This document shows, in pieces, positions 1 through 9,013 of a stretch of 64,000 bases of DNA. The translations under genes and the position numbers were made by a program. The notes below the pieces were generated by a model. It ran no database searches and had not been told where the DNA came from. It saw only the letters and a program-made list of their open reading frames with translations. Numbering within the stretch: position 1 is the first letter of the stretch; each line of letters begins with the position of its first letter. The stretch comes from a virus, in IMG/VR virus record IMGVR_UViG_3300045996_000592, positions 1 through 64,000 of that record. One strand, 5' to 3'.

Positions 1-165
1 GGGCTCAAGTGAGGGATCAAGTGGGGGCTCAAGTGAGGGCTCAAGTGAGGGATCAAGTGGGGGCTCAAGTGTGGGCTCAAGTGAGGGCTCAAGTGTGGGC
101 TCAAGTGGGGGCTCAAGTGAGGGATCAAGTGGGGGCTCAAGTGAGGGATCAAGTGGGGGCTCAAA
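1..165 (+). repeat. In-frame 12-bp tandem repeat (G[C/A]TCAAGTG[A/G/T]GG) encoding [A/D]QV[R/G/W]
   Basis: About 13 consecutive units visible from the window start; the array likely extends upstream. Confidence 0.95.
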
Positions 166-878
166 AACTGGAAACATTCTCATTTGCATCTTATGGTTCT
201 ATTTACGATTACGGGTGGGTGTCATTTTTTGATTTTTTCACGCAGATCGGGATAATAAACCATAAAGGGTTTAATGAGTTTCAGGAACTTATTAGTTCAG
301 GAATATATGACATGATCCGGTTAAACGGATTCTGCATAGTATCCTCTCTGCCTACTAAGATCAGTCGTAACCCGGAGAACCAACTTCATAGTTCTGAGGG
401 AGCTGCCATAGAGTTCAAGGACGGGTACAAACAGTACTACCTGAATGGACGTAATATCCCAGACTGGGTTTTTGAAGAGTATGAGAGTAAGACCTTGACT
501 GTTGACAAGTTCAACAAAGAAGATAATGAGGATATCCGAGCCGGAATTATCACCCTGATAAAAGAACGGGAAGGAGCCGAAGGACTAATGAAGTTCTTAG
601 GATCTACCTGTATAGATGAGCAGATAGTTGTTCATAGCGGAGGGTATACCGAAACCCTACGTCTTTACAGGACAGATAAGAAATTCCCGGAATTACAGAA
701 CAGTAAGGGTGAGTTTGACCAGTCAGCAGCTTGGATAGAAATGAAGTGTCCTTCTACAGGACAGACGTACCTTATAGATACTTGCCCTACGTTTAATAAC
801 GCAGTAGAGTGTGCTAAGTGGCACAGACCTAAAGTAGTAACCTCTGATATCCCTTACATATGGGAGTCAGCCAATTAA
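9..878 (+). CDS. DUF6745-like phage protein with N-terminal tetrapeptide repeats (5' truncated by the window)
   Basis: QV-repeat region followed by LHSSEGAAIEFKDG..YYLNG and CPSTG motifs typical of this family. Confidence 0.7.
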   Translation: MRDQVGAQVRAQVRDQVGAQVWAQVRAQVWAQVGAQVRDQVGAQVRDQVGAQKLETFSFASYGSIYDYGWVSFFDFFTQIGIINHKGFNEFQELISSGIYDMIRLNGFCIVSSLPTKISRNPENQLHSSEGAAIEFKDGYKQYYLNGRNIPDWVFEEYESKTLTVDKFNKEDNEDIRAGIITLIKEREGAEGLMKFLGSTCIDEQIVVHSGGYTETLRLYRTDKKFPELQNSKGEFDQSAAWIEMKCPSTGQTYLIDTCPTFNNAVECAKWHRPKVVTSDIPYIWESAN

Positions 879-901
879 GTTAACCAGTAAAAACAGATAA
901 T

Positions 902-1276
902 ATGAAACTAAAATTCACAGGTAAGAACCACCACCAAGGGGACACACAATTCTTCGAGATATCAGAACTCCCCAAAGGTTTAAAGAAGACAGAAAAACAG
1001 TTTATAGCTGCCTCAGAACGATCTGGCTCTTTCCATGCCTTGTTCGGCCAGTACGACATGTATCAAGTAGAAGACGGGTTTATCGTAGATGTCAAAGAAG
1101 ACTGTATCTTGAACCATAGTCTGAACGAACACTTAAAAGATATCTCTATGGAAGATGTCCGGGTCCTTCCTAAGAAGGATCACCGCCACACAGAACTAAA
1201 ACCCGGGATCTACTATGTGGGCATTCAAAACCGGTTTGACCCTTTGGCCGGTATGAAAACCCGGGTGAGAGACTAA
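902..1276 (+). CDS. Hypothetical protein, HQGD-motif partner of the DUF6745-like gene
   Basis: HQGD...H...H...H..L.PG.Y and terminal RVRD; a gene pair commonly seen in phages. Confidence 0.65.
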   Translation: MKLKFTGKNHHQGDTQFFEISELPKGLKKTEKQFIAASERSGSFHALFGQYDMYQVEDGFIVDVKEDCILNHSLNEHLKDISMEDVRVLPKKDHRHTELKPGIYYVGIQNRFDPLAGMKTRVRD

Positions 1277-1298
1277 CTACTTACTATACTTTCTACGA

Positions 1299-1332
1299 AG
1301 AGCCGGTTCTACCCAAGGATCGGCTCTTTTTT
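1299..1332 (+). terminator. Intrinsic terminator
   Basis: AGAGCCGGTTC-loop-GGATCGGCTCT followed by a T-run. Confidence 0.75.
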
Positions 1333-1350
1333 ATCACTAAAACTTATTTT

Positions 1351-2172
1351 ATGAACACAACTAATTTAACGGAGAAGATGAATAAGTTCTTCGACTCCAT
1401 CACAGCAGAGGAGCTAGTAGAGCACCTTCGACAGAAGGGTTATAAGGTGGAGAAGGAAGAAAAACCAGAGTGGACCATCTTAAGTTTTAAAGATCCTAAA
1501 ATCGCAGATTGTATTCTGAAATTGAATGAAGTTAGAGGGACTTATTATTCTAATGAAGAGTATAAAGATAAATCGAAAAGTACACTAAATGATGCACTGT
1601 ATAACTCTTGGCGTAGTGTTAAAACCGGTCATTGGTTCATTCATTCAGTCCGTCGGGAATCAGACGGTGAGGTATTTACTTTAGGGGATATTGTTTATCA
1701 CTCTAATGATAGACCGGATAATAACGGTAAGATAGAGTCCCTTAAGATAAGGGGGGATCAGCTATACGCGTTTTCTGACTCCAAATGGAAAACCATCCAC
1801 ATAGACTACTTGAAGAGAACCCCAACTACCTTATTTACCACCGAGGACGGAGTAGAATTGACTAAGAAGGATCAGAAGATTTATTCAGTGTGTCCTAATG
1901 ATCCAAATTTTGTAACCCTGGATGACCTTACAGTAGCCAGACTTACACACTCCAGTAATTTTGGGGGAACTGGGTATAAAGCCTGGAAACACTTCAGTAC
2001 AGAAGAGGCTCGTAATCAGTATATCCGGCACAATAAACCGGTTTTTTCTGGTACAGACATCCAGAACATTATTGATAAACTCCGTCCTAAGGATGGCCGT
2101 TTTATTGATGCTGACCTGATAGAGGATGAGTTGGGGCATGAACTACAAGTAAAATTTAAAAACACGCTGTAA
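1351..2172 (+). CDS. Hypothetical phage protein
   Basis: 273-aa ORF after a TTTTATG start, coupled to the next gene; IHSVRRESDGEVFTLGD and LFTTEDGV blocks. Confidence 0.7.
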   Translation: MNTTNLTEKMNKFFDSITAEELVEHLRQKGYKVEKEEKPEWTILSFKDPKIADCILKLNEVRGTYYSNEEYKDKSKSTLNDALYNSWRSVKTGHWFIHSVRRESDGEVFTLGDIVYHSNDRPDNNGKIESLKIRGDQLYAFSDSKWKTIHIDYLKRTPTTLFTTEDGVELTKKDQKIYSVCPNDPNFVTLDDLTVARLTHSSNFGGTGYKAWKHFSTEEARNQYIRHNKPVFSGTDIQNIIDKLRPKDGRFIDADLIEDELGHELQVKFKNTL

Positions 2173-3455
2173 TGAAGTTTTTGAAAATTCAAAATAAAGG
2201 TCTGTTAGATATCAGACTGATCGCCCTGATGGGGGGGGGAACTACTAAGAGTGGTAACTCCTACGCTATTGGTAGGTTTGGTACCGGATTAAAATACACT
2301 TTGGCGTTCCTATTCAGGAACAACCTGGCCTTTAAGATATTTGTGGGTCAGGAAGAGATAAAGATAAACACGGAGATAGAGCAGATAGGGGACACCACTT
2401 TTGAGATCATCTGTATTAACGGACACAGGACCTCGATCACTACACAGATGGGTCAGGAGTGGAGACCTTGGATGATCTGCAGAGAGCTATATTGTAATGC
2501 CCTAGATGAGGGAGAGGCTTCTCACGAAGTCACTACGAATGCCGTAGGAACTGAGGGGAAAACCACCTTCTATATTCAGGTGGACACACAGATACAGGAC
2601 GTCATCAACAATTGGGATAAGTACTTTATACAGAATAAGACCCCGATGTTCGTCAATGATAACTGCCGGATCTACCCGGGCGGTGACTCCCTACGACTAT
2701 ATAAGAACGGGGTACTGATACTGGAAGATGGCAAGACCCGGTCCCTATTCGCTTACGACCTTCTTGAAGCTGAGATAAATGAGCTGAGGGAGTTCAAGGG
2801 TAGTAAATCCTACACAGTAGCCAAGTGCCTCGCACAAGCTGACCGTAAAGTAGCTAGTTACTTCCTGGAAAACATCAAGGACTCTTATTATGAAGGAAGT
2901 CACGAGATGGACTTCGAGTGGTACCTCACATTTAATCCTGCATGGGGCGAAGTTATCGGTCAGGCCAAACTGATCACGCAGAAGAGTCTCGATGATATAA
3001 GGGCGCGAGGAATAGAGATGGATGGTAAAGACTACATCATTGTTCCCAAGAACGTGTACAAGACCCTGACGAAGCAGTTTGAAGGTGTAGGTGCTCTCCG
3101 GGTAGCCCAGAAGGGTGCGGAGTTCTTCGAACACTATGACCCAATCGTAGAAAATCGGGTTAAAGAAGCACTTACTGTACTGGAACACTGTGACTATATC
3201 TTCCACCCGGATCTCGAGTTTGTATTCGGGTACTTCGAAGACAGGAATGTAGGCGCCAGGATAAACCTTGATGAGAAGAAGGTTTATATATCGAACACCT
3301 TCCTGAGTAAGTCAGTCTTCGAGATCTGCTACATACTGGCCGAGGAGAACGAGCACTTCCTGACCGGGTTCCATGACTGTTCCCGGGAACTACAGACCCA
3401 CTTCCTGAAACTTTGGATGCAGCGGTTATTAAAAGAACATGAGGTTGAACTCTAA
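2172..3455 (+). CDS. GHKL/HATPase-like ATPase with C-terminal zincin-like (EExxH) region
   Basis: IQNKG, MGGGTTK..IGRFGTGLK, RELYCNALDEG; C-terminal LAEENEH. Confidence 0.65.
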   Translation: MKFLKIQNKGLLDIRLIALMGGGTTKSGNSYAIGRFGTGLKYTLAFLFRNNLAFKIFVGQEEIKINTEIEQIGDTTFEIICINGHRTSITTQMGQEWRPWMICRELYCNALDEGEASHEVTTNAVGTEGKTTFYIQVDTQIQDVINNWDKYFIQNKTPMFVNDNCRIYPGGDSLRLYKNGVLILEDGKTRSLFAYDLLEAEINELREFKGSKSYTVAKCLAQADRKVASYFLENIKDSYYEGSHEMDFEWYLTFNPAWGEVIGQAKLITQKSLDDIRARGIEMDGKDYIIVPKNVYKTLTKQFEGVGALRVAQKGAEFFEHYDPIVENRVKEALTVLEHCDYIFHPDLEFVFGYFEDRNVGARINLDEKKVYISNTFLSKSVFEICYILAEENEHFLTGFHDCSRELQTHFLKLWMQRLLKEHEVEL

Positions 3456-3468
3456 ATTACAGATCGTT

Positions 3469-3852
3469 ATGATACAAAGAAAATCAGCAGTTCAGATAAT
3501 TCAGGAGACAATCGAGTACTACTCGGCAGACCCGGTAGGAAGGAGAGGTAAAAACGGGGGAGCCTGTGTGTACATTTCCGATGAAGGTGAAATGTGTGCA
3601 GTTGGCAGGTGTATGGAAGACCCTAATTTAGTATCTGCCCAGAATGTGTGCTCAAATATGGCCTTAAGTATAGGTGGTAAAGCTCCACTGGAAGAACTTC
3701 TTAAAGAAGAGTATCGCGGCCACCCGATTTCATTCTGGGGAAGTTTGCAAAGAATACATGACCAGGACGAGTACTGGTGTGAGGCTGGCCTGACTGAACT
3801 CGGTAGGACAAGGGTAACGCAGTTAATAGATTTTTACAAAAGTGAGGAATGA
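3469..3852 (+). CDS. Hypothetical protein
   Basis: C.Y...G.MCAVG and LQ.IHD motifs; start moved to ATG 3469. Confidence 0.65.
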   Translation: MIQRKSAVQIIQETIEYYSADPVGRRGKNGGACVYISDEGEMCAVGRCMEDPNLVSAQNVCSNMALSIGGKAPLEELLKEEYRGHPISFWGSLQRIHDQDEYWCEAGLTELGRTRVTQLIDFYKSEE

Positions 3853-4013
3853 CAGTAGAAGTAAAGAAGTTGAAGGCTGAGGTAGAATTAGCTAAGGCGC
3901 TTTATTTCAGCCTCAGGGACCGGTTAGAGGAAGCAGAGAAAAAGCAGATAAAGCCGGCAAAGAAGAGTGTCCCGAACAGGTTTATTACCCGGCAGCTGAA
4001 GAAGGCTAGTTAA
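3849..4013 (+). CDS. Small basic protein (54 aa) convergent with the integrase
   Basis: ATGA overlap with the upstream stop; MTVEVKKLKAE...RQLKKAS. Confidence 0.5.
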   Translation: MTVEVKKLKAEVELAKALYFSLRDRLEEAEKKQIKPAKKSVPNRFITRQLKKAS

Positions 4014-5187
4014 AAGGATTCTGTACTTTCTTTACCTGGTCATCTTTTCTGGACTTATGCTTCACATCATATACCCCTGTTATCATTTTTTCAGACTCGG
4101 CGTTCTGTAATGCCGCACCCTTAACACCTATTAGGTCGGAAGTCTCTGTAGTATTCAGGTGCTTTAATGGATAAAAGTTCTTATTTATTTTCAGTTTATC
4201 CTTTATGTGTCTTTTCCATCTCCTGTCGATCTGGGAACGATGAATAGGTTCTGGCCCGGGCAGCAGATCTTTAGAGAACACATAATAATTACCAGGACAG
4301 TTCCATAAAGCAGCTTGCCAGAAGGGGAGCGCTATATCTTTGATCGGTCTTATGGCCCAGGTGTAGTGCTTCCCTTTTAGTATTTGGTAGCGTACCTCTT
4401 GTTTAACCAGGTCTACATGCTCAGGTTTTATCTTAAGTAGCTCGGTAGACCGGGCGCCAGAGTGGAAGAAGATATGAAGATAGAGCCACCAGTTGATATC
4501 GTAGTCGAAGATGTATTCATCGACTCTCTTACGCTCTTCGGGGGTAAGCACATCCCGGGGCGCCGTAATAGTTTTCTGTTTTTTGAGTCCCTTACAGGGA
4601 TTACCGTTCGTAATTTCCAGTTCATCCAGGTACGAAAACAGTCCGGATAGGTTTTTACGATAACGGTTAAAGGTTGTAGCTGACTTACCCAGTGTAGCAG
4701 TATCCAGCAGTAGCTTTATATCCCGTCGGCGGACATCATAAATGGCCTTATCTTCTATTCCGAGTTCGATAGCTGCTGTCTTTATAAACCCCAGCGTACT
4801 CTTAAGCTCTACTCTGTATTCCCTGACCACCTTGACCTTATCTTTCGCGTATTCAAGGGCCTTGATAAAAGGAGTGGTCTCTGATATCCTACTGATGGGT
4901 TCTGTAGCAACCCGGGCGTATGTTTTAGTGATCGGGTTCCATCCCTTGTTGGTAAGGCGGTCTATCTCGAAAGCCAGAGCGTCCTTCAGCTGCCGGCGCC
5001 GCTCTTCCAGCGTATCTATCCGGTTGAAGTCACTGATGGATACCTGTTTGGATTTGCCGGTATTATCATCGTAGAACCGGTATCGGATAAGCCATTCCTC
5101 TTTCAGGAGTGCTTTACCGCCGGTCTCAAAATTCTTGGGGGAGATAAAAACCTTCCCCATTCGGTAATTATTCGGTAGATATTTCAT
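4006..5187 (-). CDS. int: Tyrosine recombinase / phage integrase
   Basis: SAM-like core-binding region (SATTFNRYR..L), NPC, HSGARSTEL (catalytic R), YPLKH, MITGVYD (catalytic Y); adjacent to a tRNA fragment. Confidence 0.9.
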   Translation of the reverse strand: MKYLPNNYRMGKVFISPKNFETGGKALLKEEWLIRYRFYDDNTGKSKQVSISDFNRIDTLEERRRQLKDALAFEIDRLTNKGWNPITKTYARVATEPISRISETTPFIKALEYAKDKVKVVREYRVELKSTLGFIKTAAIELGIEDKAIYDVRRRDIKLLLDTATLGKSATTFNRYRKNLSGLFSYLDELEITNGNPCKGLKKQKTITAPRDVLTPEERKRVDEYIFDYDINWWLYLHIFFHSGARSTELLKIKPEHVDLVKQEVRYQILKGKHYTWAIRPIKDIALPFWQAALWNCPGNYYVFSKDLLPGPEPIHRSQIDRRWKRHIKDKLKINKNFYPLKHLNTTETSDLIGVKGAALQNAESEKMITGVYDVKHKSRKDDQVKKVQNPFN

Positions 5188-5228
5188 ACTTTTACGGCAG
5201 ATAACACGCCAAAAGTAGCTGAAAAAAA

Positions 5229-5457
5229 CCGAACAAAAAACCGAACAAAAGGTTTAGGAAGAGGGCTAAAAATAGAAAAGTAGGTTACTTAAAGTATTGA
5301 TTATCAGCCGGCCCGGTAGCTCAGCTGGATAGAGCACCAGCCTTCTAAGCTGGGGGTCATTGGTTCGTTCAAACTTCTGAAACACAGTACTGATACCACT
5401 CCTAGGACTTATCTGTTACCTTACCACCCTGAATATCGAACAAAACTCCGAACGTTT
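5229..5457. mobile_element. Putative attP site
   Basis: CCGAACAAAA direct-repeat pair (5229-5250) and a degenerate pair (5436-5457) flank a tRNA fragment; IHF consensus AATCAA-TACT-TTA on the - strand at 5290-5302. Confidence 0.75.
5310..5367 (+). pseudogene. 5' fragment of tRNA-Arg(UCU), attP core
   Basis: GGCCCGG TAGCTCAGCTGGATAGAGCA CCAGC-CTTCTAA-GCTGG GGGTC ATTGG TTCG; no 3' T-stem or acceptor strand follows. Confidence 0.85.
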
Positions 5458-5906
5458 TAAGCAGCTTTATATCTTTCTCCGCTATTAATTCCCTGTAGAG
5501 TCGAATAGTGTATGCCGAGTTCTTTGGCTAACTGCCTTAAGGATGTGTCTCCTCTGTTTTTTAATGCTTCCCGGATTTCAGTAATCCTTTCCAAAGGAAT
5601 AGAGTTGTTATGGGCTGCCGCGATAAGTACCGAGGATCTTCCTTTTTTAAAGGCATCTTTCATATTATCTGAGTATGTTCCCAGAAAGAAATGATCTGGG
5701 TTAATACAGGCCCTATTATCACAGATGTGGCAAACAAGTAGCCCCGGCGGTATTACTCCACGGGTGAGCTCATAAGACAGTCGATGGGCACCAACCACTT
5801 TACCTTTATACCTAACGGCACCATATCCTGCACGTTTGGCACCCTGCCAGATCATACATTCATTTTCGTCAGTTATTGTTCTACTATATAATTTCTCTTT
5901 ATCCAT
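5457..5906 (-). CDS. HNH homing endonuclease (HNH_3-like) with C-terminal HTH
   Basis: C..WQG...GYG...AHRLSY...[20 protein letters not shown]. Confidence 0.9.
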   Translation of the reverse strand: MDKEKLYSRTITDENECMIWQGAKRAGYGAVRYKGKVVGAHRLSYELTRGVIPPGLLVCHICDNRACINPDHFFLGTYSDNMKDAFKKGRSSVLIAAAHNNSIPLERITEIREALKNRGDTSLRQLAKELGIHYSTLQGINSGERYKAA

Positions 5907-5933
5907 ATGATAGGGAGTTTTTAGGTAGGATCA

Positions 5934-5965
5934 CTAATATAACGAAAAGTACCCTTAAACCCAAA
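5934..5965 (-). promoter_or_regulatory. Bacteroidota-type promoter toward HNH/int
   Basis: TTTG-N20-TATATTAG on the - strand. Confidence 0.5.
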
Positions 5966-6025
5966 AATCGACAACACCGAGTTGGCATGATTGTGTAATT
6001 AGTTTAGTAGTCCCCAGAACAGAAA

Positions 6026-6056
6026 TTAGGATTATTAATTAGAAGAAGTATATTTG
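6026..6056 (+). promoter_or_regulatory. Bacteroidota-type promoter
   Basis: TTAG-N19-TATATTTG (-33/-7 consensus TTTG...TAnnTTTG). Confidence 0.6.
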
Positions 6057-6097
6057 TTGGATGAATAAAAACCATATACTACTAAACTAATACCATC

Positions 6098-6439
6098 ATG
6101 AGTAAAGACGAAAAAAAGAACCAGGTAGCCCTACTTACCAAAGAAGGAAAGTCTATCGCGCAGATAGCTAAGACTACCGGTTTATCTAAAGCCACGGTAT
6201 CTAACTACCGGGCACTCCTTAAAGATGAAGGGGTTACGACCCCGAATATTAAGGGTAAACCCGGAGTTACAACAGCTCCCGGGGCTACACAGCGCCCACA
6301 AGGGACTAATAGTCCTCAGCAGTCATCATTTACCTCAGGTACCACCCGGTTTGTTATTGACGGTATATCCGTACAGCTGCCCCCAGGTTCCCGGATCAAG
6401 ATAATGCCTACTGGAGAAGTGGATATCAAGACCCATTAA
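6098..6439 (+). CDS. HTH DNA-binding protein, candidate regulator
   Basis: EGKSIAQIAKTTGLSKATVSNY HTH; has its own promoter and terminator, next to the integration module. Confidence 0.8.
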   Translation: MSKDEKKNQVALLTKEGKSIAQIAKTTGLSKATVSNYRALLKDEGVTTPNIKGKPGVTTAPGATQRPQGTNSPQQSSFTSGTTRFVIDGISVQLPPGSRIKIMPTGEVDIKTH

Positions 6440-6481
6440 AATTCTCCACTTATTTTTGGGGAACATAATACCCAAATACAG

Positions 6482-6513
6482 ACCTCGGTTTTATAACCGG
6501 GGTTTTTTATTTT
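6482..6513 (+). terminator. Intrinsic terminator
   Basis: ACCTCGGTT-loop-AACCGGGGT followed by a T-run. Confidence 0.7.
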
Positions 6514-6526
6514 ACCGGAAGATATT

Positions 6527-6568
6527 TTTGGATATCTGAATAATATAGGTTAAGTTTAGGATACCTAA
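6527..6568 (+). promoter_or_regulatory. Promoter overlapped by two 13-bp operator-like palindromes
   Basis: TTTG-N20-TAAGTTTA; TTTGG-ATA-TCTGA and TTAGG-ATA-CCTAA. Confidence 0.6.
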
Positions 6569-6591
6569 TAACCCCTAACCAACCCTATCTA

Positions 6592-6855
6592 ATGGTTATC
6601 CAATTGTTATCCGGTAAGATCGTGGAGATCTCCGTCGAGCAGTACCTGAATATGAGTGATGACGACTTTATCGCAGAGATGGAAGAAGTCGTCAGTTATA
6701 ATTATGGAGAATATGTGGAGGACCCCTTCTTCCGGTCCGCTATCTTCGGAACACCTGAGAAGAAGGAAGAAGATAATGAGCACGAGCCCTCACTGGATGA
6801 ACTGGGTTCCCTTGATAAGTTACGAGACCTGGACATAACCCTGTCAGAAGATTAA
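6592..6855 (+). CDS. Acidic hypothetical protein
   Basis: 87-aa, strongly D/E-rich ORF behind a promoter. Confidence 0.7.
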   Translation: MVIQLLSGKIVEISVEQYLNMSDDDFIAEMEEVVSYNYGEYVEDPFFRSAIFGTPEKKEEDNEHEPSLDELGSLDKLRDLDITLSED

Positions 6856-6924
6856 ATACCCCGTCACTATGAAACAGACACCCCGGAGCCATTAAGGTTA
6901 CCGGGGATTTTTATTCTTAAAGTT

Positions 6925-7173
6925 TTGATTATGACAACTACAGAATTAATACAGGGTGCAGTAGAGGCAGGAATAAGCCTTCAGACGAAGGCAGAACACC
7001 GTAAACATGTAGAAGCCGGCAGGAAGGGCTGGCAAACCCGGTTAAAGAACATAGAGAAAGAGAGTACAACATCACGGTTTACTTACGATCAGGTAGACTT
7101 CACCGTCGAGTGTCCCTACTATATGTGGGTTCATCCTGATGGTACATTAGAACTTAAAACCATAACAAACTAA
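6925..7173 (+). CDS. Hypothetical protein
   Basis: ORF with AGRKGWQTR motif; likely start at ATG 6931. Confidence 0.6.
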   Translation: MIMTTTELIQGAVEAGISLQTKAEHRKHVEAGRKGWQTRLKNIEKESTTSRFTYDQVDFTVECPYYMWVHPDGTLELKTITN

Positions 7174-7184
7174 ACCAATATTTT

Positions 7185-7628
7185 ATGAATAATTCAGTTA
7201 TAATCACAGCAGACAACCAGAATAACGTTATAAGACTTACCAAGAACCCTGAGTACGGGTGGATACTGGTCAGTCAGACCACACCTGTTTTTAAGGGCAG
7301 GTTTATAGACATGGAAAAACGTACAGCCATCATCACAGGTAAGGTAGATTTCCTTAAGCAGATGGACTACAAGGCCAGTCAGGAACTACCGGGTAAGATC
7401 GTGGTAAAGGAGAGCCTTGAACCAACCAACCCGGATAACAACCTGCAAGACGTAAAGTGTGCCGGGGATTCAAATATCCCGTGTACTGTAGACGATCAGC
7501 CTATCTACCGCACTTCTTACTACACGATCAACCTGTCTGATACAGACATACTGATAGAGCACGACAACGGTGACGAGATCAGGGCCGCTCAAAAGAAGGA
7601 GCGTCTAACGCTTGGCGCCACACTATAA
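7185..7628 (+). CDS. Hypothetical protein
   Basis: 147-aa ORF, TTTTATG start, followed by a terminator. Confidence 0.7.
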   Translation: MNNSVIITADNQNNVIRLTKNPEYGWILVSQTTPVFKGRFIDMEKRTAIITGKVDFLKQMDYKASQELPGKIVVKESLEPTNPDNNLQDVKCAGDSNIPCTVDDQPIYRTSYYTINLSDTDILIEHDNGDEIRAAQKKERLTLGATL

Positions 7629-7645
7629 CAGGACCATTATTTACA

Positions 7646-7677
7646 GACCGGGGGGTATCACTGACTCCCGGTTTTTC
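7646..7677 (+). terminator. Intrinsic terminator
   Basis: ACCGGGGG...CTCCCGGT followed by TTTT. Confidence 0.65.
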
Positions 7678-7693
7678 ATGTACCTGAAAATAT

Positions 7694-7736
7694 TTAGGTA
7701 CTCTATTTGGTTATCTAAGATTATTATCTAATTTTA
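7694..7736 (+). promoter_or_regulatory. Promoter with tandem operator-like palindromes
   Basis: TTAGG-TAC-TCTAT, TTTGG-TTA-TCTAA; TTTG-N19-TAATTTTA. Confidence 0.6.
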
Positions 7737-7757
7737 CACTCTTAACACACTTATTTT

Positions 7758-8255
7758 ATGAAGAAGAACTTTAACCAGCATCGGGTATATACGGTGTCAG
7801 AATACGGTACTAAACTAATCTACACTGATACAGGTAAGGTCAAAATATTAGACCAGCGCAAACCTACTAACATCCTCAGGGATATACAGCGTCACGGTAC
7901 TTCTCATAAGGGAGTACGTTACCAGAATGAGCCGCGCGACTGGGAACTCAAACAAATCATTTATGGGCCGAGGAAGTACGACCCTTCCATGACCCCGGAG
8001 GAATACAGTCATTATGAGATCGCTCACCAGAAGTTAGTATTAATAGTGCGTGATATGAAGCGTAAGGCTCTCTCGTGGGCTGACCAGATGCTCGGTATGT
8101 TTAAGACCACTCTGTCTACCCCGGATGTCACCGACGCGGAACTCGACAGTATGAAGTTATTGGACTTCGGTATAACCAGGGAAGAACTTATCCGCCTTAT
8201 CTGTGGCCAGGAAGACCTCTTCTTTTCTCCTAACAAGATAAATCTCGCGGCGTGA
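7758..8255 (+). CDS. Hypothetical protein
   Basis: 165-aa ORF ending QEDLFF...NLAA. Confidence 0.7.
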   Translation: MKKNFNQHRVYTVSEYGTKLIYTDTGKVKILDQRKPTNILRDIQRHGTSHKGVRYQNEPRDWELKQIIYGPRKYDPSMTPEEYSHYEIAHQKLVLIVRDMKRKALSWADQMLGMFKTTLSTPDVTDAELDSMKLLDFGITREELIRLICGQEDLFFSPNKINLAA

Positions 8256-8422
8256 AAAAATTACTCATGACCCTCCTCATGGGTGTACCTGCAGCCGGTT
8301 ACCGGGTTTTCGATAAGAAGCCCGGTTTCCGTACTGTGGAGCCCAAGGAGCGGATATCATTTAACACCTGGGCGACGCAGTTCAACGTGTCTTCCCGTGT
8401 ACCTAAATTCAAATCTCTATGA
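8252..8422 (+). CDS. Small hypothetical protein (56 aa)
   Basis: GTGA and ATGA overlaps at both ends fill the operon gap. Confidence 0.5.
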   Translation: MKKLLMTLLMGVPAAGYRVFDKKPGFRTVEPKERISFNTWATQFNVSSRVPKFKSL

Positions 8423-8604
8423 AGCATAACAGCAAAGACCTGTTTACCATACTCTCGGTCTCTAGTTTTATCATGTCCCTGGGGTCCGGGTACATGGTAA
8501 CCTTGGATTATGACCCGATTTTTACCCTGTTCACTGTATTATTCACCTTGGTTTTCGGTTTTTCACTCGGAACAGTAATAACACTGTACAGGTATGACCC
8601 CTAA
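8419..8604 (+). CDS. Small membrane protein (2 TM)
   Basis: Two hydrophobic stretches. Confidence 0.6.
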   Translation: MKHNSKDLFTILSVSSFIMSLGSGYMVTLDYDPIFTLFTVLFTLVFGFSLGTVITLYRYDP

Positions 8605-9013
8605 ACTAAAACAGTGTGCGGGTTGTAATGAACCACGGGTTATCTGGAAGAACCTTAACGGGTTGAAATACTGTAAAAACTGTATAGGGCAGATGGAACC
8701 AACAAACAGGAAGTCTAAGAAGAGGATACCTATCAGTCCTACGTCAGATAAACGGGAAAAACAGACCCGGGCCTATAATGTATTAGTAGCCATCTTTAAA
8801 AGGGATAATCCGGTTTGTAAGGCTCAACTACCCGGGGTCTGTACCGGAAAGACAGAGGACAACCACCACATGAAGGGTAAAGAGAACGAGCTCCTACTCG
8901 ATTCGCGATACTGGCTCCCTGTCTGTCGTGCCTGCCATGACTGGATAGGAATAAACAGCCAGCAGGCCATCGAAATGGGGTTATCAATCAGCAGGCATAA
9001 ACAAGCATCATGA
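8594..9013 (+). CDS. Zn-finger/HNH-like protein
   Basis: CxxC..CxxC N-terminus; C..QLPGVC...DNHH...VCRACHDWI. Confidence 0.7.
   Translation: MTPKLKQCAGCNEPRVIWKNLNGLKYCKNCIGQMEPTNRKSKKRIPISPTSDKREKQTRAYNVLVAIFKRDNPVCKAQLPGVCTGKTEDNHHMKGKENELLLDSRYWLPVCRACHDWIGINSQQAIEMGLSISRHKQAS

Noticed and set aside
1-165. CRISPR array
   Set aside because: Contiguous 12-bp coding units with no unique spacers and no cas genes
5310-5385. Functional full-length tRNA-Arg gene
   Set aside because: The 3' T-stem and acceptor strand are missing
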